DNA from: Lama guanicoe
Lineage: Eukaryota
Assembly: GCA_013239625.1 (NCBI GenBank)
Contig: MU054220.1
Span: 1,851,509 to 1,915,508, forward strand
Length of the DNA stretch: 64,000 bases
Reading direction: 5' to 3'
The position numbers and the translations under genes were made by a program. Positions 24,150 to 39,285 of the stretch are shown one piece after another (positions within the stretch are counted from its first letter, which is position 1; each line of letters begins with the position of its first letter). The notes under the pieces were generated by a model that did not search any database, had not been told where the DNA came from, and saw only the letters and a program-made list of their open reading frames with translations.

Positions 24150-26130
24150 ATTTAGAAACAACATAATTTTGCTATTTTTAAAGCTGCCGTTTAAAAATCC
24201 GCGCACACGTACTCACACTCCTCGGGGAGTTGGGGTGGGGTGGCTGGGAGTGGGGACCAAGAATACGTGCGCGAGAGAGAACAGTTTGGCTCTTGGCTTC
24301 CCAGAGCGCCGCGCCGTCCCCTAGGGGCGCACTCCTGGAGCGCGGGAGGATCCACAATCCCCAGCAATTTGCGCGGTCTGGACACTCTGAGCGCCCCGGC
24401 CTTTGGACTCCGTGTATCTGCGCCCCCTCTTCCCTGCTAGACAGAGGGCACGGCCGCCGGGTCACTAGGCCCAGGAGCGAGAGGGAGGGGCGAGGAGGCC
24501 GAGCAGGTGGTGATTAGGTCAGCCTCGGAACATTCTTGGATCGCTCCAGTGGATATAAATAACTGATGGGCAGGCTCTGAAAAATTCCGGGGTGGGGGGC
24601 AAGAGGGTGAGGAAATATTAAGGGTGTGGGGTGGCATCGTGTCGATCTGGAAAAATCTACCAAAGCTGGTGACTGACAAAGGGGGTGGAGGGGCGAAGTG
24701 ATTTAAGAATGAATCGTGGTGCAAAATCTGGGAATCAAAACATGTAAGGGGAGGAGCTCACGCCTTTCTGCCCAACCCCCATCGCGTGTGTGACCCGGTC
24801 CTCAGAATGGGCCCCCAGATTGGCAAGGTGGGCTGTTCATAGAAAGGGCACGACTTTGGAGTTCCCGCCCTGCTCAACTACAGATCTTGTGCAAGCTAGT
24901 AAAGGTCTCTGAGCCTCAGTGTCCGCATCTATACAATGGGGATCCTAATGCTTACGAGGCGATGGTTGTGAGCCTCGCCGGAGCCAGCTTCTAAGAAAGC
25001 TGTGCTCAGCAAAAAGAGTAAGGCAGTATAGCCCCTAGGCCTCCCTCTCAAGTGAGCCAGTGCGGGCCCGTTTCTTTCCCTCTTCCACCGGTTTCTCAGG
25101 CTCTGCAGAGGCCGAGGAGTGGCAAAGCCGAAATCTGACTCCCTATAGCGGCGCGGCACCACCCTGGGGATTCCACCCTGGCGCTTCTCAGGCGGGAGCC
25201 GAGACCCCACCGCCCGCGCTGGGGAGCCGCGGGTCGCCGAGATGCAGGTAGCCCCTGCGCCCCCGCCACTGGCCGGTGGGGTTGCGGCCGCGACAGCGAG
25301 GAGAGGGCGGGGCCGGGGGCCGGGCTTCCCGAGGGGAGGGCTCGCCGCGCTCCGGGAGGCAGTGGCCCCGGCCCGGGAGCGGCAGGACTTGGGCTGAAGA
25401 GTGGCCGGACCCCCACCAGCCAAGGCACCCAGGGAGGAAGCGGTGAGTGGTGCCCACGCGGGGACCGCGGGGAGGCGGCGGCGGGAGCCACGGGTAGAGC
25501 CCGCCCTCTCCTCCTCCTGCTCCTGAAGTTTGCAATGAGACCGACTCCTGCCCCGGGAGCCCCCCGGCCACTCCGCTCTGCGGGAGGACGGCAAGAGCTG
25601 CGCGGAGCGGAGTGGGTGTCTCATCTGCGGCGCCTCGCGCTCAGCAATTCCCCAGACTGGCCGGGGGTAGAGGGGCGTCAGGGCTGGCGGGCCACACCAT
25701 CTCCGGCGGCCCCTCAAAGGCTCCAAACCGCCCTGGGACGTCCTTGCCCCTCAGCAACCCCTCGCTCTCAGCAAAGAGCACCGATTCCTGGGTCACCGTG
25801 TGGAGTTTACGGCGGTGCCGGTCAGGGCAGGGTGCGCCCCATCCCCTCAGCGGTGACGGGCTGGCCCCACCCCCTTCGAGACCAAGTTCAGCAAGTTTGG
25901 CCATGATGTCCTAGAGTCTCCATGGCTAGGCCTGGCCCTGTCGCTCCGCGTGGGCTCCACCGGCTCCGAGTTGGGCCGCGCCGGGTCCGCAAGAGGGGCG
26001 GGTCGAAGGGCGCCGTCCACAAGGGTTGAGACCAGAGACTGGCAGCCCCTGGGCTCCGAGGTTTGGTGTGAGGGCTCTGAGTTTGGAGTGCGTCATCAGA
26101 GAGCAGGCACCTCAGGTGGCAGGTCGGGTT
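24150..26130 (+). promoter_or_regulatory. PACSIN3: PACSIN3 CpG island/promoter; probable non-coding exon 1 ends at 25442
   Basis: Very high GC/CpG; GC box GGGCGGGGC at ~25305; donor GCG|GTGAGT at 25442/3. TSS not determinable from sequence. Confidence 0.8.
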
Positions 26131-28402
26131 TCCAAAAGTGCCCCTTTGTTACGCCCTTCCCTGGCCCTGCCTCCTCCTCTTTCCCCGCACCACCCCTCCC
26201 CCAGCCTCCCTGGCCTCTCTGGCTGCTGGTTCTAGCCATTCTTGCTTTAAGTACTCCCCTCTGTGGACCAGCCCACCGTCCTGTCTTATGCCTTCAAATC
26301 CCAGGGCTGTAGGCCGACCGGGAGGGGCTGCTGGAAGAAGAGGTCCTTGGGTGCAGCCTGTGACTCAGAACTGAGGATGGGCAGGGCAGGATGGCAGTGC
26401 TCCCTCTCAGGGGCATGCCCTCGACTTCTGGAAAGGGTAGGGGTCAGTCTGGGGGAGTACCTACCAGCCTCAGGTAAGAGAGGGTAGGTTCTTCCTTACT
26501 TGAACCCCAGGACTCGGTACCTTGGCTCAGGAATCTGTGAGGAGACCCTGCCAAGCCCCAGTGGACTTGTCCTGGCCCAGTAGGTGCTGGCTCCCTGGGC
26601 TGGGAAGGCTCATTATATGCTTTCTGAGCTCTTGCCTCTGGCAGAGTGTGTTCTGGGGACTGATCTGGGTCTCTGCTGGGGTCAGGAGGCACAGGGTGCT
26701 GGCCCTCCTCAGCAGGGGCCAAGGCGCAATGCCCACCCCCACTGCTAGATCCAGCCTGGGCAGTGCCGCCTGGCTGTGCCTGGGGCTTGGGCTTGTGTTT
26801 GCTCTGGGAGGCCGAAGGGAGCAGTGCCAGCCCTGCACACACAGCTTGCTCTGTTCTGGGGCCAGAGAGAGGGAACGGGTGGGGGGCAGCTCTCCTGGGA
26901 GCCCGGGCACGGAGGCTGGAGTAGGCAGGGGGCCCAGGCCCCTGGATGCCTGACTGGGACAGCTCCGAGGCCCTGGGATTTACAGCTGCAGCTCTGTTTC
27001 TCTCCATCTGGTTGGCAAGTCCTTTCTGGGTAAACGGAACAGACTCAAGAGGAAGCAAGGGGAAGTGCTGAGGACCCTGGTGGGGCCAGCTGCTCTGCCC
27101 TCTTCTGCTCTGTACCCAGGCCCTTCCATTGTAGACCTGAGCTCTTCCTCCTGTTAGCTGAGGGGTGGAAGCCTGCTCAGGCCAAGCATTCTCGCAGCTG
27201 CTATAGCCAGTGGGTTTCCTGGTCTTCAGGTGGATGTCATTTATTTTCCATTCATCTACTAACTCCTGTGCCTGGAGAGACACAAGCTGGACCCCCAGGA
27301 AGTCTCTGTCAATGACTAGGGATGGGTCCTGTCCTGTAGTCACAACCCAATGGGATATGTATCCTGATAGAGGGGTCACAAGAGGCTGTGGGAGTAGGGA
27401 TGGAGGAAATGAGCAGGTGACTGGAGAAAATCCCTTGCTCTGAGTTTTGAAGGTTGGAAGGGTTCATCAGTTTGGGGAGTAAAGTGATAAAGCCCTGCTT
27501 TGAGGGCAACAAGTACACTGTCCTCTGGGGCCTGGTGGTGTCTGGTGGTGTCCCTGGGGCTTGCTCAGAGGAGGAAGTGACTTCCTTCTAGGGGCTTGAA
27601 TCAGTGCTGAGGAAAGCTGAGACCCTGCCCAGAGACAGAAGGGGAGTGGCTGCATGCCACTGTGTCTTGTAGCCCCTGGGAGTGTTGGCTCTGGGGCTGG
27701 AATCTGCCTTGCCCTCCTCCGCAGTTCTGGAGCACACTCTCATAACTGGCTGATTACCTGCCTGTCTCCCCCTGCTGCCCCAGACTCTGGGTTTTTTGAG
27801 GGTGGGGCTGAGTTACTCATTATCCATGGAGCCCTCTGGGACCTCAGTGGATGCTGTGGAGCAGGATGAGTGTCCTTTGTGACTGTAGGGCCCCCTCACA
27901 TTTCTTGTTTGTTGCCTGTTTGAGTCTTACACCAACCCTGGCACCAAAGCAGACCAGGAGGCAGAATTTCTATCTTAGGAGGGAGCTGTGGCCCCCAAGG
28001 AGAGGACAGTAAAATGCAAGTGTTCAAGCTTCATGGCCAAGATAAGACTCAGGCCTCCTGGCTCCCAGTCTGCTCTTCCCAGAACAAGGAGCTCCTGGGG
28101 TGTGGCTGGGCACCCGCTGACCTGGCCTGGTCTGGTAAAGGGTCGCCTTGTCGTTCACAGAGAGGCCACAGGCCCTGGCTTGGGCAGGCATCCTCTTCTC
28201 TCATCTGCGGTCAGGGCAGTGGGGCCCTCTGCCTACTACCCACCCCCGTCTGCCATGTAATCCCTGACTGGACCGTGTGACCCGCCTGGCATTCTCCTGG
28301 CTGGAATCTGGCGCTTCTGACAGCAGTTGCTATATCGGGGGAGCTGGGCACCACCCTGGACGCTGTCAGCCCCACCCTTACCCCCTGCTTTGCTCTTGTT
28401 AG

Positions 28403-28475
28403 CTTCAAGGCAGAATCACAGTGGCAGCTTTGAGAGGTGGACACCCAGGTCCCTGAAGTGATCTCTAGGCCCCAG
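28403..28475 (+). other. PACSIN3: PACSIN3 probable non-coding 5'UTR exon
   Basis: Polypyrimidine tract + AG at 28401-2; donor CAG|GTATG at 28475/6; lies just upstream of the first coding exon. Confidence 0.65.
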
Positions 28476-28605
28476 GTATGTGGAGTGAGGTGGTGGGGAG
28501 GGTAGACCCAGGGCAAGAGGATGAGCTTTGAAACTGCCATTGTTGCCCCCACCCGGGACCCTCCTGGGGATTTCCAGACTCCTGCCTGCTAAGTCCTAGC
28601 TCTGA

Positions 28606-29217
<612 letters not shown>

Positions 29218-29802
29218 TGAGGCTTCCACATCTGCTTTCCCTTTAAAGAGGGAGGATCCTTCTGGTTATTCTTAAGGTTGTGCTGTTAGAGTTTGCAAAG
29301 TATCGTCATGAGTTATTTTGCAATTTCTAACAACCCAATGATGGAGATGGTCCTGTTCTACCCACTTTCTAGAGAAGAATGTGGCAGTTCAGAGAGGCTA
29401 AGTGACTTGCCTGAAGTCACACAGCTAAGAAGAGCTAACGCTTAAGCCCAGGCCTTCTGACTTGGGAGCTTGGGATCTTTCCTAACAAGCTTCCTTCCTC
29501 TGGGACGGACACTAGTTCCTCCCCTGGGGCAATAGAGTGTAGTGCTTTATATCGCAGACCTGGGTTTGAATCTCATCTCCACTTGTAGCTCTAATGCTTT
29601 GAGCAATTAACTTCACTTCTCTGGGCCCCTGTTTTTTTTTTTTTTTTTTGCTTTTTAAATATTGTTCCTTACACTGTCTTCATGGTGGTGGTTGAGGCAA
29701 GGATTTGGTGAAATCTCGTTATGTCCAGGCACAGAGGACGTATTCAGTAAGCAGCCCCTGACTTCGTTATTGTTCATCTTTGCATTCCCACTCTGTGCCT
29801 AG

Positions 29803-30576
<774 letters not shown>

Positions 30577-30838
30577 TAATTTTAGTAGTTGAAGAGAACT
30601 TCCTAGCTCCTTTCCTTTCACAATGTCCCACCTGGGACAAGCTCTCAAGTGGTCTGCTCTGCAAGAGTGCCCTTCCTCCAGCTCTACATATCCAGATCCT
30701 CCCTGTCCTCTCAGTGCTGCTCAGTGTCCACCTCCTTCTGGAAGCCTTCTCTGATTTCTCCCACTGCTCCCCATAGGTTGACCTCCTCTCACTGTCCACC
30801 TGAATGTCACCTCCCTTCTAAGGCTCCTGGGGTCATAG

Positions 30839-31180
<342 letters not shown>

Positions 31181-31250
31181 TGATGCTGGGTCTCATCCAT
31201 TGCCTCTCTGGGCTCTGGCTGGGCTGAGATTCCAGAGGCCCAGAGCCTGA

Positions 31251-31448
<198 letters not shown>

Positions 31449-31546
31449 TAGCCTGGACCTCACGAGGGAGGCTGGAGCTTGAGATGAAAGAGGTGAAGGT
31501 GGTCTGGATGGCCCTGGCTGCCACCACAGCCTGCAGCCCAGTCTGA

Positions 31547-31705
<159 letters not shown>

Positions 31706-31982
31706 TGAGAGCTGGGATCCTGGCTGTGGGAAGGAAACAGCTCTGCCCCCTGCCCTGCCCTCTCTTCCTCTGACTCCATCTTTTCACTCCCTTCACACCT
31801 GAAGTGGGTTGAAAATTGGTGCTAGGGACTTTAGGACCTACTTATGAGGTGTAATGATGCCAGTTTTAATGGTGGTTGAGATGTGCCACGCATTTCCCAT
31901 GCTCCCCCTCATCTACTGCTCACATCAGCTCCGTGAGGCAGGAAGAGTCCCTGAGATCACAGGCATGCATGGCAGAAGTTAG

Positions 31983-32261
<279 letters not shown>

Positions 32262-32601
32262 TAAACTTCAGCCTCCCCGCCCCTCTCCCCCACACCTTTA
32301 CTAGCCTGGGCAGGAGTGTGGAAAAGGGAAGTCAGACACACTTCTCAAGGGCCAGTTCTCTGACACTAAAGGCTGCTCTGGGTCCAGCCCTGAGGAATCA
32401 GAGTGTCTGCTCAGAGCCCTTACCTGACTCTGAAAGTCACCAGCAGGACACTCACTGCTGCATTCAGGGTCAGGGGTTGACTTTGATTTCCCTCGGCCTG
32501 AGCCAGGTCTCTTCTAGCTGGGTTCTCCTACTGCACCCCACCCCCACTCAGTCCTTGACCCAGTTGCAGGGATGGGGCTGGGCCAGGACAATTGCCAGTG
32601 A

Positions 32602-32736
<135 letters not shown>

Positions 32737-33132
32737 CCTGTCCTGACAGCCCTTCTACAACGTTTCTCCAACCTGAGTCAGAGCCCATCTTCTTCTGGAC
32801 AGCTGGACCTAAGGGCTCTGGACGATCCTGCCACTGCTGCCTCTCTGGCCCTTGAGGAGGGAGAAAGTCCTGGGACCCAGGGAGGGGAGGGGCCTGTGTC
32901 TAGGAAGGGACTGGTAGGGAAGGGCCGACTGAGTCTAGGCTGAGGGGAAGATGGAGCAGTCAGGAGGTGACAGAAAGGCTCAGTGGTGCCTAGGCCTTCC
33001 TAGGTGTCCTCCAGTCTCCCCAGGAGCTGTGGACCCAGGTCCTGGTCTCTGTGTTTTGGGGTTCCTTGGGTGGGCTTGGGATGAGTGTAGTTCTGGGTTA
33101 GCAGCTCTGTTTTGTGGCTTGTTCTAGTGTGT

Positions 33133-33138
33133 ATTAAA
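33133..33138 (+). terminator. PACSIN3: PACSIN3 polyadenylation signal (ATTAAA)
   Basis: Only A(A/T)TAAA hexamer seen between the stop and the ARFGAP2 CpG island; U-rich sequence upstream and downstream. Confidence 0.7.
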
Positions 33139-33399
33139 CTTGGGGGGGGAAAACCCCAAACACTCTCAGGCTTGCGTGCAACTTTTTTGCTACTCCACCC
33201 TTGCCAGGCTGCCGACGGCATCTGGAGAGAGGCACTGAGGCGAGGTCCGTGGGCCTGGAGTATACTATGGGGGCGGGGGTTGGGCAAAAGTTTGCTAGCT
33301 TAGTATCTGCTCTGGAAGGGACTCAAGATTAGCCTTGGTGTGAAACGACCAAGCCTGGAGGCTGGGTGCTGAGTTCTGAGTGGGGCTGGAGCTCAGCCA

Positions 33400-33847
33400 G
33401 TTTACCTTCCCGTTCAGACCGGCGGGACCACGAGTGCTCGGAAGGACTGTTAATCATTACTCATTTCGAGAACTCGCTCAAGAAGAGGACGGCTCCGTGG
33501 CCCCGTAACCCACGTCTCTGGGAGGTGGCTCCACCTTCTGGGGGTGGCTGGGCGTGCGGGTGGCTCTGTGGCGAGGATTGGGCCGGCGGTCTAGCCGTCG
33601 CCCCGCCCCGGCTGCCGATTGGCCTGGGCGCGGCGCGGTGAGGAGTCGGGCGACCGCGGTGGATCCGGGAGCCGTGACGTTTAGGCGCCTGCTCCGCCAG
33701 CAGCTCATTGGTCTAGATCGGGACAAATCACCCCATCCCTGGGCGGGCCGGCCCCCGCTGAGGCCCGCCCAGTGACCTCCCTTCCCGGCCGCGGATTGGC
33801 CCGTGACGGGACCCGTCGGTCGCGCTGGTGTCTGGGAAGGAGAGAAA
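33400..33847 (+). promoter_or_regulatory. ARFGAP2: ARFGAP2 CpG-island promoter and 5'UTR
   Basis: CpG-dense; four inverted CCAAT (ATTGG) at ~33577, 33618, 33706 and 33795; GC boxes; TGACG half-CRE; YY1-type AAAATGGCGGC over the start codon. Confidence 0.8.
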
Positions 33848-33919
33848 ATGGCGGCCGAGCCGAGCAAGACAGAGATCCAGACTCTTTTTAAGAGGCTTCG
33901 CGCAATTTCGACCAACAAG
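33848..33919 (+). CDS. ARFGAP2: ADP-ribosylation factor GTPase-activating protein 2, exon 1 (72 nt)
   Basis: [26 protein letters not shown] donor. Confidence 0.97.
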
Positions 33920-33981
33920 GTGCGTGACCCGGGGGCCCAGCTCTGGCCGAGAGGGACTCTCGGGGCTCTCCTGGGGCCTGA

Positions 33982-34404
<423 letters not shown>

Positions 34405-34761
34405 TGACACTCCGAGCGTTAGTTCAAGGGAAAAGTTACCGGCGTCGATCTTGTTGCTGATGCGCGGATCGAGTACATCTGGAGCAAGACTGTGGCGGTC
34501 CTTCAGGGGAAGGCCGAGTCCAAGCTTGAGTGCCTGAGAATTCGACCTCCTTTCGCGTCTGGAAAATAATTAGTAGCCTTTTGATTAGATGAATGAAGAG
34601 CAAAGCTTTCACGGACGGGGCAGAGTGGAGGAAACAGGGTGGTGGCTGATGAATATTTCCTGGGCACCTACTGCAGCCCGAGGCCAAATGACAGGCGTGG
34701 GTCTGCCAGGGAAGCGTCCCCTGGTACCTGCTGGTAGGTAACACACAGCCCTTGCACACAG

Positions 34762-34834
34762 GTCCACAGAGTTGGATTCCAACTGGAACTGGTTCCAGCT
34801 GAGGTGTATGCAGGTCGGCGGGAATGCCAATGCG
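34762..34834 (+). CDS. ARFGAP2: ARFGAP2 exon 3 (73 nt)
   Basis: [28 protein letters not shown]. Confidence 0.97.
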
Positions 34835-35333
34835 GTAAAGCTCCTTACCATCCTCCCGCCCCCTTTCTTCTGTCTGGGTACTGACGTTATAGTGATTTTT
34901 TGGAGGCCCTCTCAGTTTCTCTGTTTAGAGGATTCTCTCATCTATGGCAACACTGTACACTCTTTTCTACACTTGGAAATTGGTCACTGTTCTTCTCAAA
35001 GGGGCTTTGGACTCAAACTAAACTAGACAGACATTCTTGGGGAAAGCCAAGGGAGTTGGGGCCTCCACAGTCATCCAGGTCTTGTGGGCCTGGATGAAGG
35101 AGGGGCAGAGTGGGTCCGGCATGCTGTCCTTAGGCAAGGTTGAGTGAGGGCTGGGCTTCAGTCATTCATCTCAGAGGATGGGAGGCTGTGTTTTTTGCAG
35201 GAGTTTCTGAGGAACTTCATGAAAAACTGGTGTCAGTAGAATGTATCATCCTGTATAACCGTGCTGTTAGAAAGGAGTGCCTCTTTTGCTCTGGGGAGCA
35301 TCACCTGTAGCACGTTCTCTCTTTGGTCTCTAG

Positions 35334-35465
35334 ACAGCTTTCTTCCGCCAACATGGATGCACAGCCAATGATGCCAACACCAAATATAATAGCCGAGCTG
35401 CCCAGATGTACCGGGAAAAGATCCGGCAGCTGGGGAGTGCAGCCCTGGCTAGGCATGGCACTGAT
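35334..35465 (+). CDS. ARFGAP2: ARFGAP2 exon 4 (132 nt)
   Basis: [48 protein letters not shown]. Confidence 0.97.
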
Positions 35466-35552
35466 GTAAGTGCCTGTTCCCTGGGACTGGGGTCATGGGG
35501 TGAATGGGAATATTCAGAGTCTTGTGATTCATTGGTGTCTTCTCCTTTCCAG

Positions 35553-35633
35553 CTTTGGATAGACAACATGAGTAGTGCTCCCAGTCACTCCCCAGAGAAG
35601 AAGGACTCTGATTTCTTCTCAGAACACACTCAA
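35553..35633 (+). CDS. ARFGAP2: ARFGAP2 exon 5 (81 nt)
   Basis: [31 protein letters not shown]. Confidence 0.96.
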
Positions 35634-36468
35634 GTGAGTGCCCACAAGGAATGTTTCCCACAATTGTTCCTGACAGGTGGTTTACTTACTAAGTCCAAGG
35701 CCCACGATCATGAGCATGATCCACTCCCCTTGGTGTGGTACCTCAGACGGGGAATGTCTGGGACCCACTGCTGGATAGACCCAGGTGTTTCCTCCTCCCA
35801 TACTGGGGATGCGGTGTGGTCCTCCTTAGAAACAGACTCCTATAAACTGGGGTGGTAGGGAGGAGGAGAAGCATCTTAAAGCCTCAAAAGTTATCAGGAG
35901 CCCCAGACAGCTTTTCCTGGATTTTTCAGCTATGAGAAAGGCTCTGTAGTTGAGGACATTGAAAGGATTCCCTCCCTAGCAACCCCTCCCTTGGGAGGAG
36001 GTTTCCCCTGTATAGGCGCTGGGTGCTGAAGTCAGACTTTCTCTGTTTGAATCCCTGCCCCTCTACTTAGCATTTCTAGAGTGGTAGCTAAGACACCTAA
36101 TGAGTCAAAACTTCAGTTTCTAAGATGGAGAACATATCTATCTCATAGGGTTTGTTGTAATATTTAAATGTATTTCTTTGTGAAAAGCCCTTAGACTTGT
36201 GCCTGGCACATGGTGAGTGCCCAGTGGTTGTTGGTTGTTATTAAATTAGGGGAATGGGTTCTGGCTCTTAAGTAAATAGTGGAGGGATGGGAGTGGCTGC
36301 TAGTTTCTTGCTTGTTTCTTCCATGGTGAATAGCAACTATAATTTTACTTGCTAACCTCCAGTCTCCTTTCCTTGTGGCTTGGAGTGGGGCCTTGTACCC
36401 ACAAGATACTTGGTGCTCCTTGTCAGCAGGAATGACTCATCAAGGTTTCTCCCATCTGGCTTTTTCAG

Positions 36469-36550
36469 CCCCCTGCCTGGAATGCACCAGCCACTGATCC
36501 ATCAGAGACCCAGCAGCCAGCCCCGTCTGCAGAAAGCAGTGGCCTGGCAC
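36469..36550 (+). CDS. ARFGAP2: ARFGAP2 exon 6 (82 nt)
   Basis: [31 protein letters not shown]. Confidence 0.93.
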
Positions 36551-36836
36551 GTGAGTTCAGCCCGGATTTCAACCATGTGCCCTGGTCCTAGCAAAGGACT
36601 CAGTGGCTAGGGATGGGACACCTGGCCAAGGGAATGGGAATAAGGTCTCCTGTATCTCTGGGTGGGCTGGGATTCATTTCAGTCCTTTGAAGGAAGTGGT
36701 GGGCATTCCTTCTATCTTTTGGTGGCCTCAGAAAGCTGAGGAAAGCCAGTGCCCCTACTCTTGTCCCATCACTTCCCTTAATGGGAAGTCATAGGAAGCT
36801 TTGAGCCTTACACCTAATTCCAGATTGCATCCACAG

Positions 36837-36893
36837 ATCCAGAGCATGGCCCCAACATGGACCTGCTTGGCACCTCACCCAAAGCGACTCTGG
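36837..36893 (+). CDS. ARFGAP2: ARFGAP2 exon 7 (57 nt)
   Basis: (H)PEHGPNMDLLGTSPKATL; AG/GT, phase 1-1. Confidence 0.92.
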
Positions 36894-37564
36894 GTCAGTA
36901 TGCCAGCTGGCAGGTGTGGTGTGCCTGGGAGAGGGTAGGCCTCGAGGGTTCGTTTCAGATCTGTTGCTGCCTGGTCATGTGGACTGAGGTCCCAGGAGAC
37001 CGAGCATCTGATCTCTCTGGAGTGGGGCCTGGGATTAAAGTGGCTGCAGCACTGACCACAAGAACTTTAGAGCAGGCCCATTGCATTGATGAACCTGGGC
37101 GGTTGGTGTCCCCGGCCTGGGTTCTGCCTCCAGGTGTGGGGCTGGGTCTGGTTAGCATGAGACTGGATACCTAATCCTGGGGGCTGAGGTAGGATTGGCC
37201 TGTCTGGTCCATTTCTTGGGATACGGGGACAGCTCTGAACTGTAAATGGCTGAAAGTGACATTGTCCTTTCTCAGCCAGTCCCTGGCCTTTTAGCTCTTT
37301 TCTATTCTTTTCTTAATGTTCTTCAGACTTAGTTCAGGGTGAACAGTCCACTTGCTGCCCTGGTTTGTTCTGTTGACCTTTGGGGGTTGGGGCAGGAAGC
37401 CAGCAGAATGACCATCATACTGACCCCATGAGAAGGCTGGCATGGCCTAGTCTGGAATGAGGCTCTGTAGGGGCTACTGGGAGTACCTTTGGCTACTGGG
37501 CTTGGGAGCTATATGGAGGCTCTGGGGTGGGCACCCTGTAAGTCATAAGTCTGTTTCTCTCCAG

Positions 37565-37606
37565 AGTCCATGTGTCTGTCACCTAAAGGGGCTCTTCCTG
37601 CCAGAG
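37565..37606 (+). CDS. ARFGAP2: Candidate ARFGAP2 alternative cassette exon (42 nt, in frame)
   Basis: TCTGTTTCTCTCCAG acceptor, GAG|GTAACC donor, phase 1-1, no stop: (E)SMCLSPKGALPAR. Confidence 0.65.
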
Positions 37607-37970
37607 GTAACCAACAGCCGCTTGGAGAGCCTGGCCCTCACACCAGCTCTGTGCTCTAGGAGCGAGGGCTAGAGTTTGGCCCCTGCCCGCTGCCTGGCAG
37701 TCTTCGTGTTGGGTCAGGGACTTTGTCTCTGGTGCTCGAGTCTGGGTTCCTGTGTCAGTCTGCTGGGAGCCAGCGACCTCCCCTAATCTGTCTGTCTTGG
37801 CTTGGATGTCCTGACACCGTTGGTTGGAACTGGTGGTGGCAGCTTTGCCTCCCCCTGCGTGAAGCTGTTCTCTGTAGAAGCTCTTGCCAGGAAGCTGCAT
37901 GATGTGGACTGAGCTTCTGCCTCTGACCTCCCTTTGTCTTCTCTCATGCCTCACTCTCTTTCTCACACAG

Positions 37971-38023
37971 AACTGAAAACCTCCCTCATTGGCAAGAAGA
38001 AGCCAGCAGCAGCTAAGAAAGGG
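37971..38023 (+). CDS. ARFGAP2: ARFGAP2 exon 8 (53 nt)
   Basis: (E)LKTSLIGKKKPAAAKKG; AG/GT. Confidence 0.95.
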
Positions 38024-38472
38024 GTAGGTGAGGAGAGGCAGTATTGTAGAGTGGTTAGGAGCTGGAGTCACACTGCCTGGGCTCCCCTCTTGACCTGACC
38101 ACTTACTGGCTGTATGACTTCGGCAAAGGTGCTTCACTTCTTGGCACTTTACCTGGGAAAGGGCTGTCAAAATGCCTGTCTCCAAGGGGCTCCCGGGAAG
38201 AGTCGGTGAGATTTGTGCACGTAAGTGCTTAGCATATCCCGGTAGTGCTGGCTGTTGTCCTCAGGCCCTGAGGCCTCTGCTGGGGTTGTGTGAGCCACCT
38301 CTGCCTGGTTTCAGCAGGACCAGTTCTCCCTCTCCACCATGCTCCTATTGGGCTCCTATTTTTTACACGAAACTTTAAGAAGGAACCCTTTCCTTGTGAG
38401 TGTTTCCATACCAGGGAGGGGACAGAGGATATCGTGCTTGGCAAAGCCCTCATCACATGATTCTCCTCCCAG

Positions 38473-38609
38473 CTGGGTGCCAAGAAAGGCCTTGGGGCCC
38501 AGAAAGTGAGCAGCCAGAGTTTCAATGAGATTGAGCGGCAGGCCCAGGTGGCAGAGAAGCTCCGCGAGCAGCAGGCGGCTGATGCCAAGAAGCAGGCCGA
38601 AGAGTCCAT
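38473..38609 (+). CDS. ARFGAP2: ARFGAP2 exon 9 (137 nt)
   Basis: [45 protein letters not shown](M); AG/GT. Confidence 0.97.
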
Positions 38610-38710
38610 GTGAGTGTTTGTGAGAGGGGCCCCAGCTAGCGTGGCGTTGGGTGGCCAGGTAGGACAGGTCACCACAGGTGTTGGCCTCTGACATGTCTGT
38701 CTCCTCTAAG

Positions 38711-38842
38711 GGTTGCCTCCATGCGCCTGGCCTACCAGGAGCTCCAGATTGACCGTAAGAAGGAGGAGAAGAAGCTACAGAATCTGGAAGGGAAGAAGCG
38801 CGAGCAGGCAGAGAGGCTGGGCATGGGCTTGGTGTCCCGAAG
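38711..38842 (+). CDS. ARFGAP2: ARFGAP2 exon 10 (132 nt)
   Basis: [47 protein letters not shown]. Confidence 0.97.
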
Positions 38843-39067
38843 GTGAGCCTCAGCTCTGGGGTGTGGCAGGGAAATGCCATTGTTCTCCTGGGAACCACTG
38901 CAGGTTCTTCCCAGCAGTTTGGGCTTCTAGGCTTAGTGTTCCTCTGAGGCTGAATAATGACTTTGCTGATTGTCTTAAAGCACCTGGTACATGCTTGGCA
39001 CATAGTAGGCATGTGTTTGCTAAGTATTTGTTGAACAAGTGAAACACAGGATCAATCCAGTAGACTA

Positions 39068-39285
39068 GGGTGGTGTTTCTTAATGAGGGTGCTAACTGCT
39101 TTGAATAGCAGGACAGTTCTTTATTTTTCAAGACCTTCTTGAGAATTGCAGGATTTTTAGCATCTCTAATCCTTGTCCACTAATTGTCATTAGTGCTGCC
39201 AGATACCCTAAACACTGCGAAATACCTCCAGACGTGCAATGCTCTTTGCTTGGGTGGTACCCGTCCTGTTTTAGGACCACTGTGT
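39068..39285. mobile_element. hAT MITE (MER20-like) in ARFGAP2 intron 10
   Basis: Degenerate MER20-like text ending GACCACTG; recognised by eye. Confidence 0.4.

Noticed and set aside
24929..27379. Long ORFs (265 aa at 24929-25726 and 311 aa at 26444-27379, minus) as novel genes
   Set aside because: Low-complexity Pro/Arg/Gly/Ala translations typical of stop-poor GC-rich DNA; no recognisable domain or exon structure
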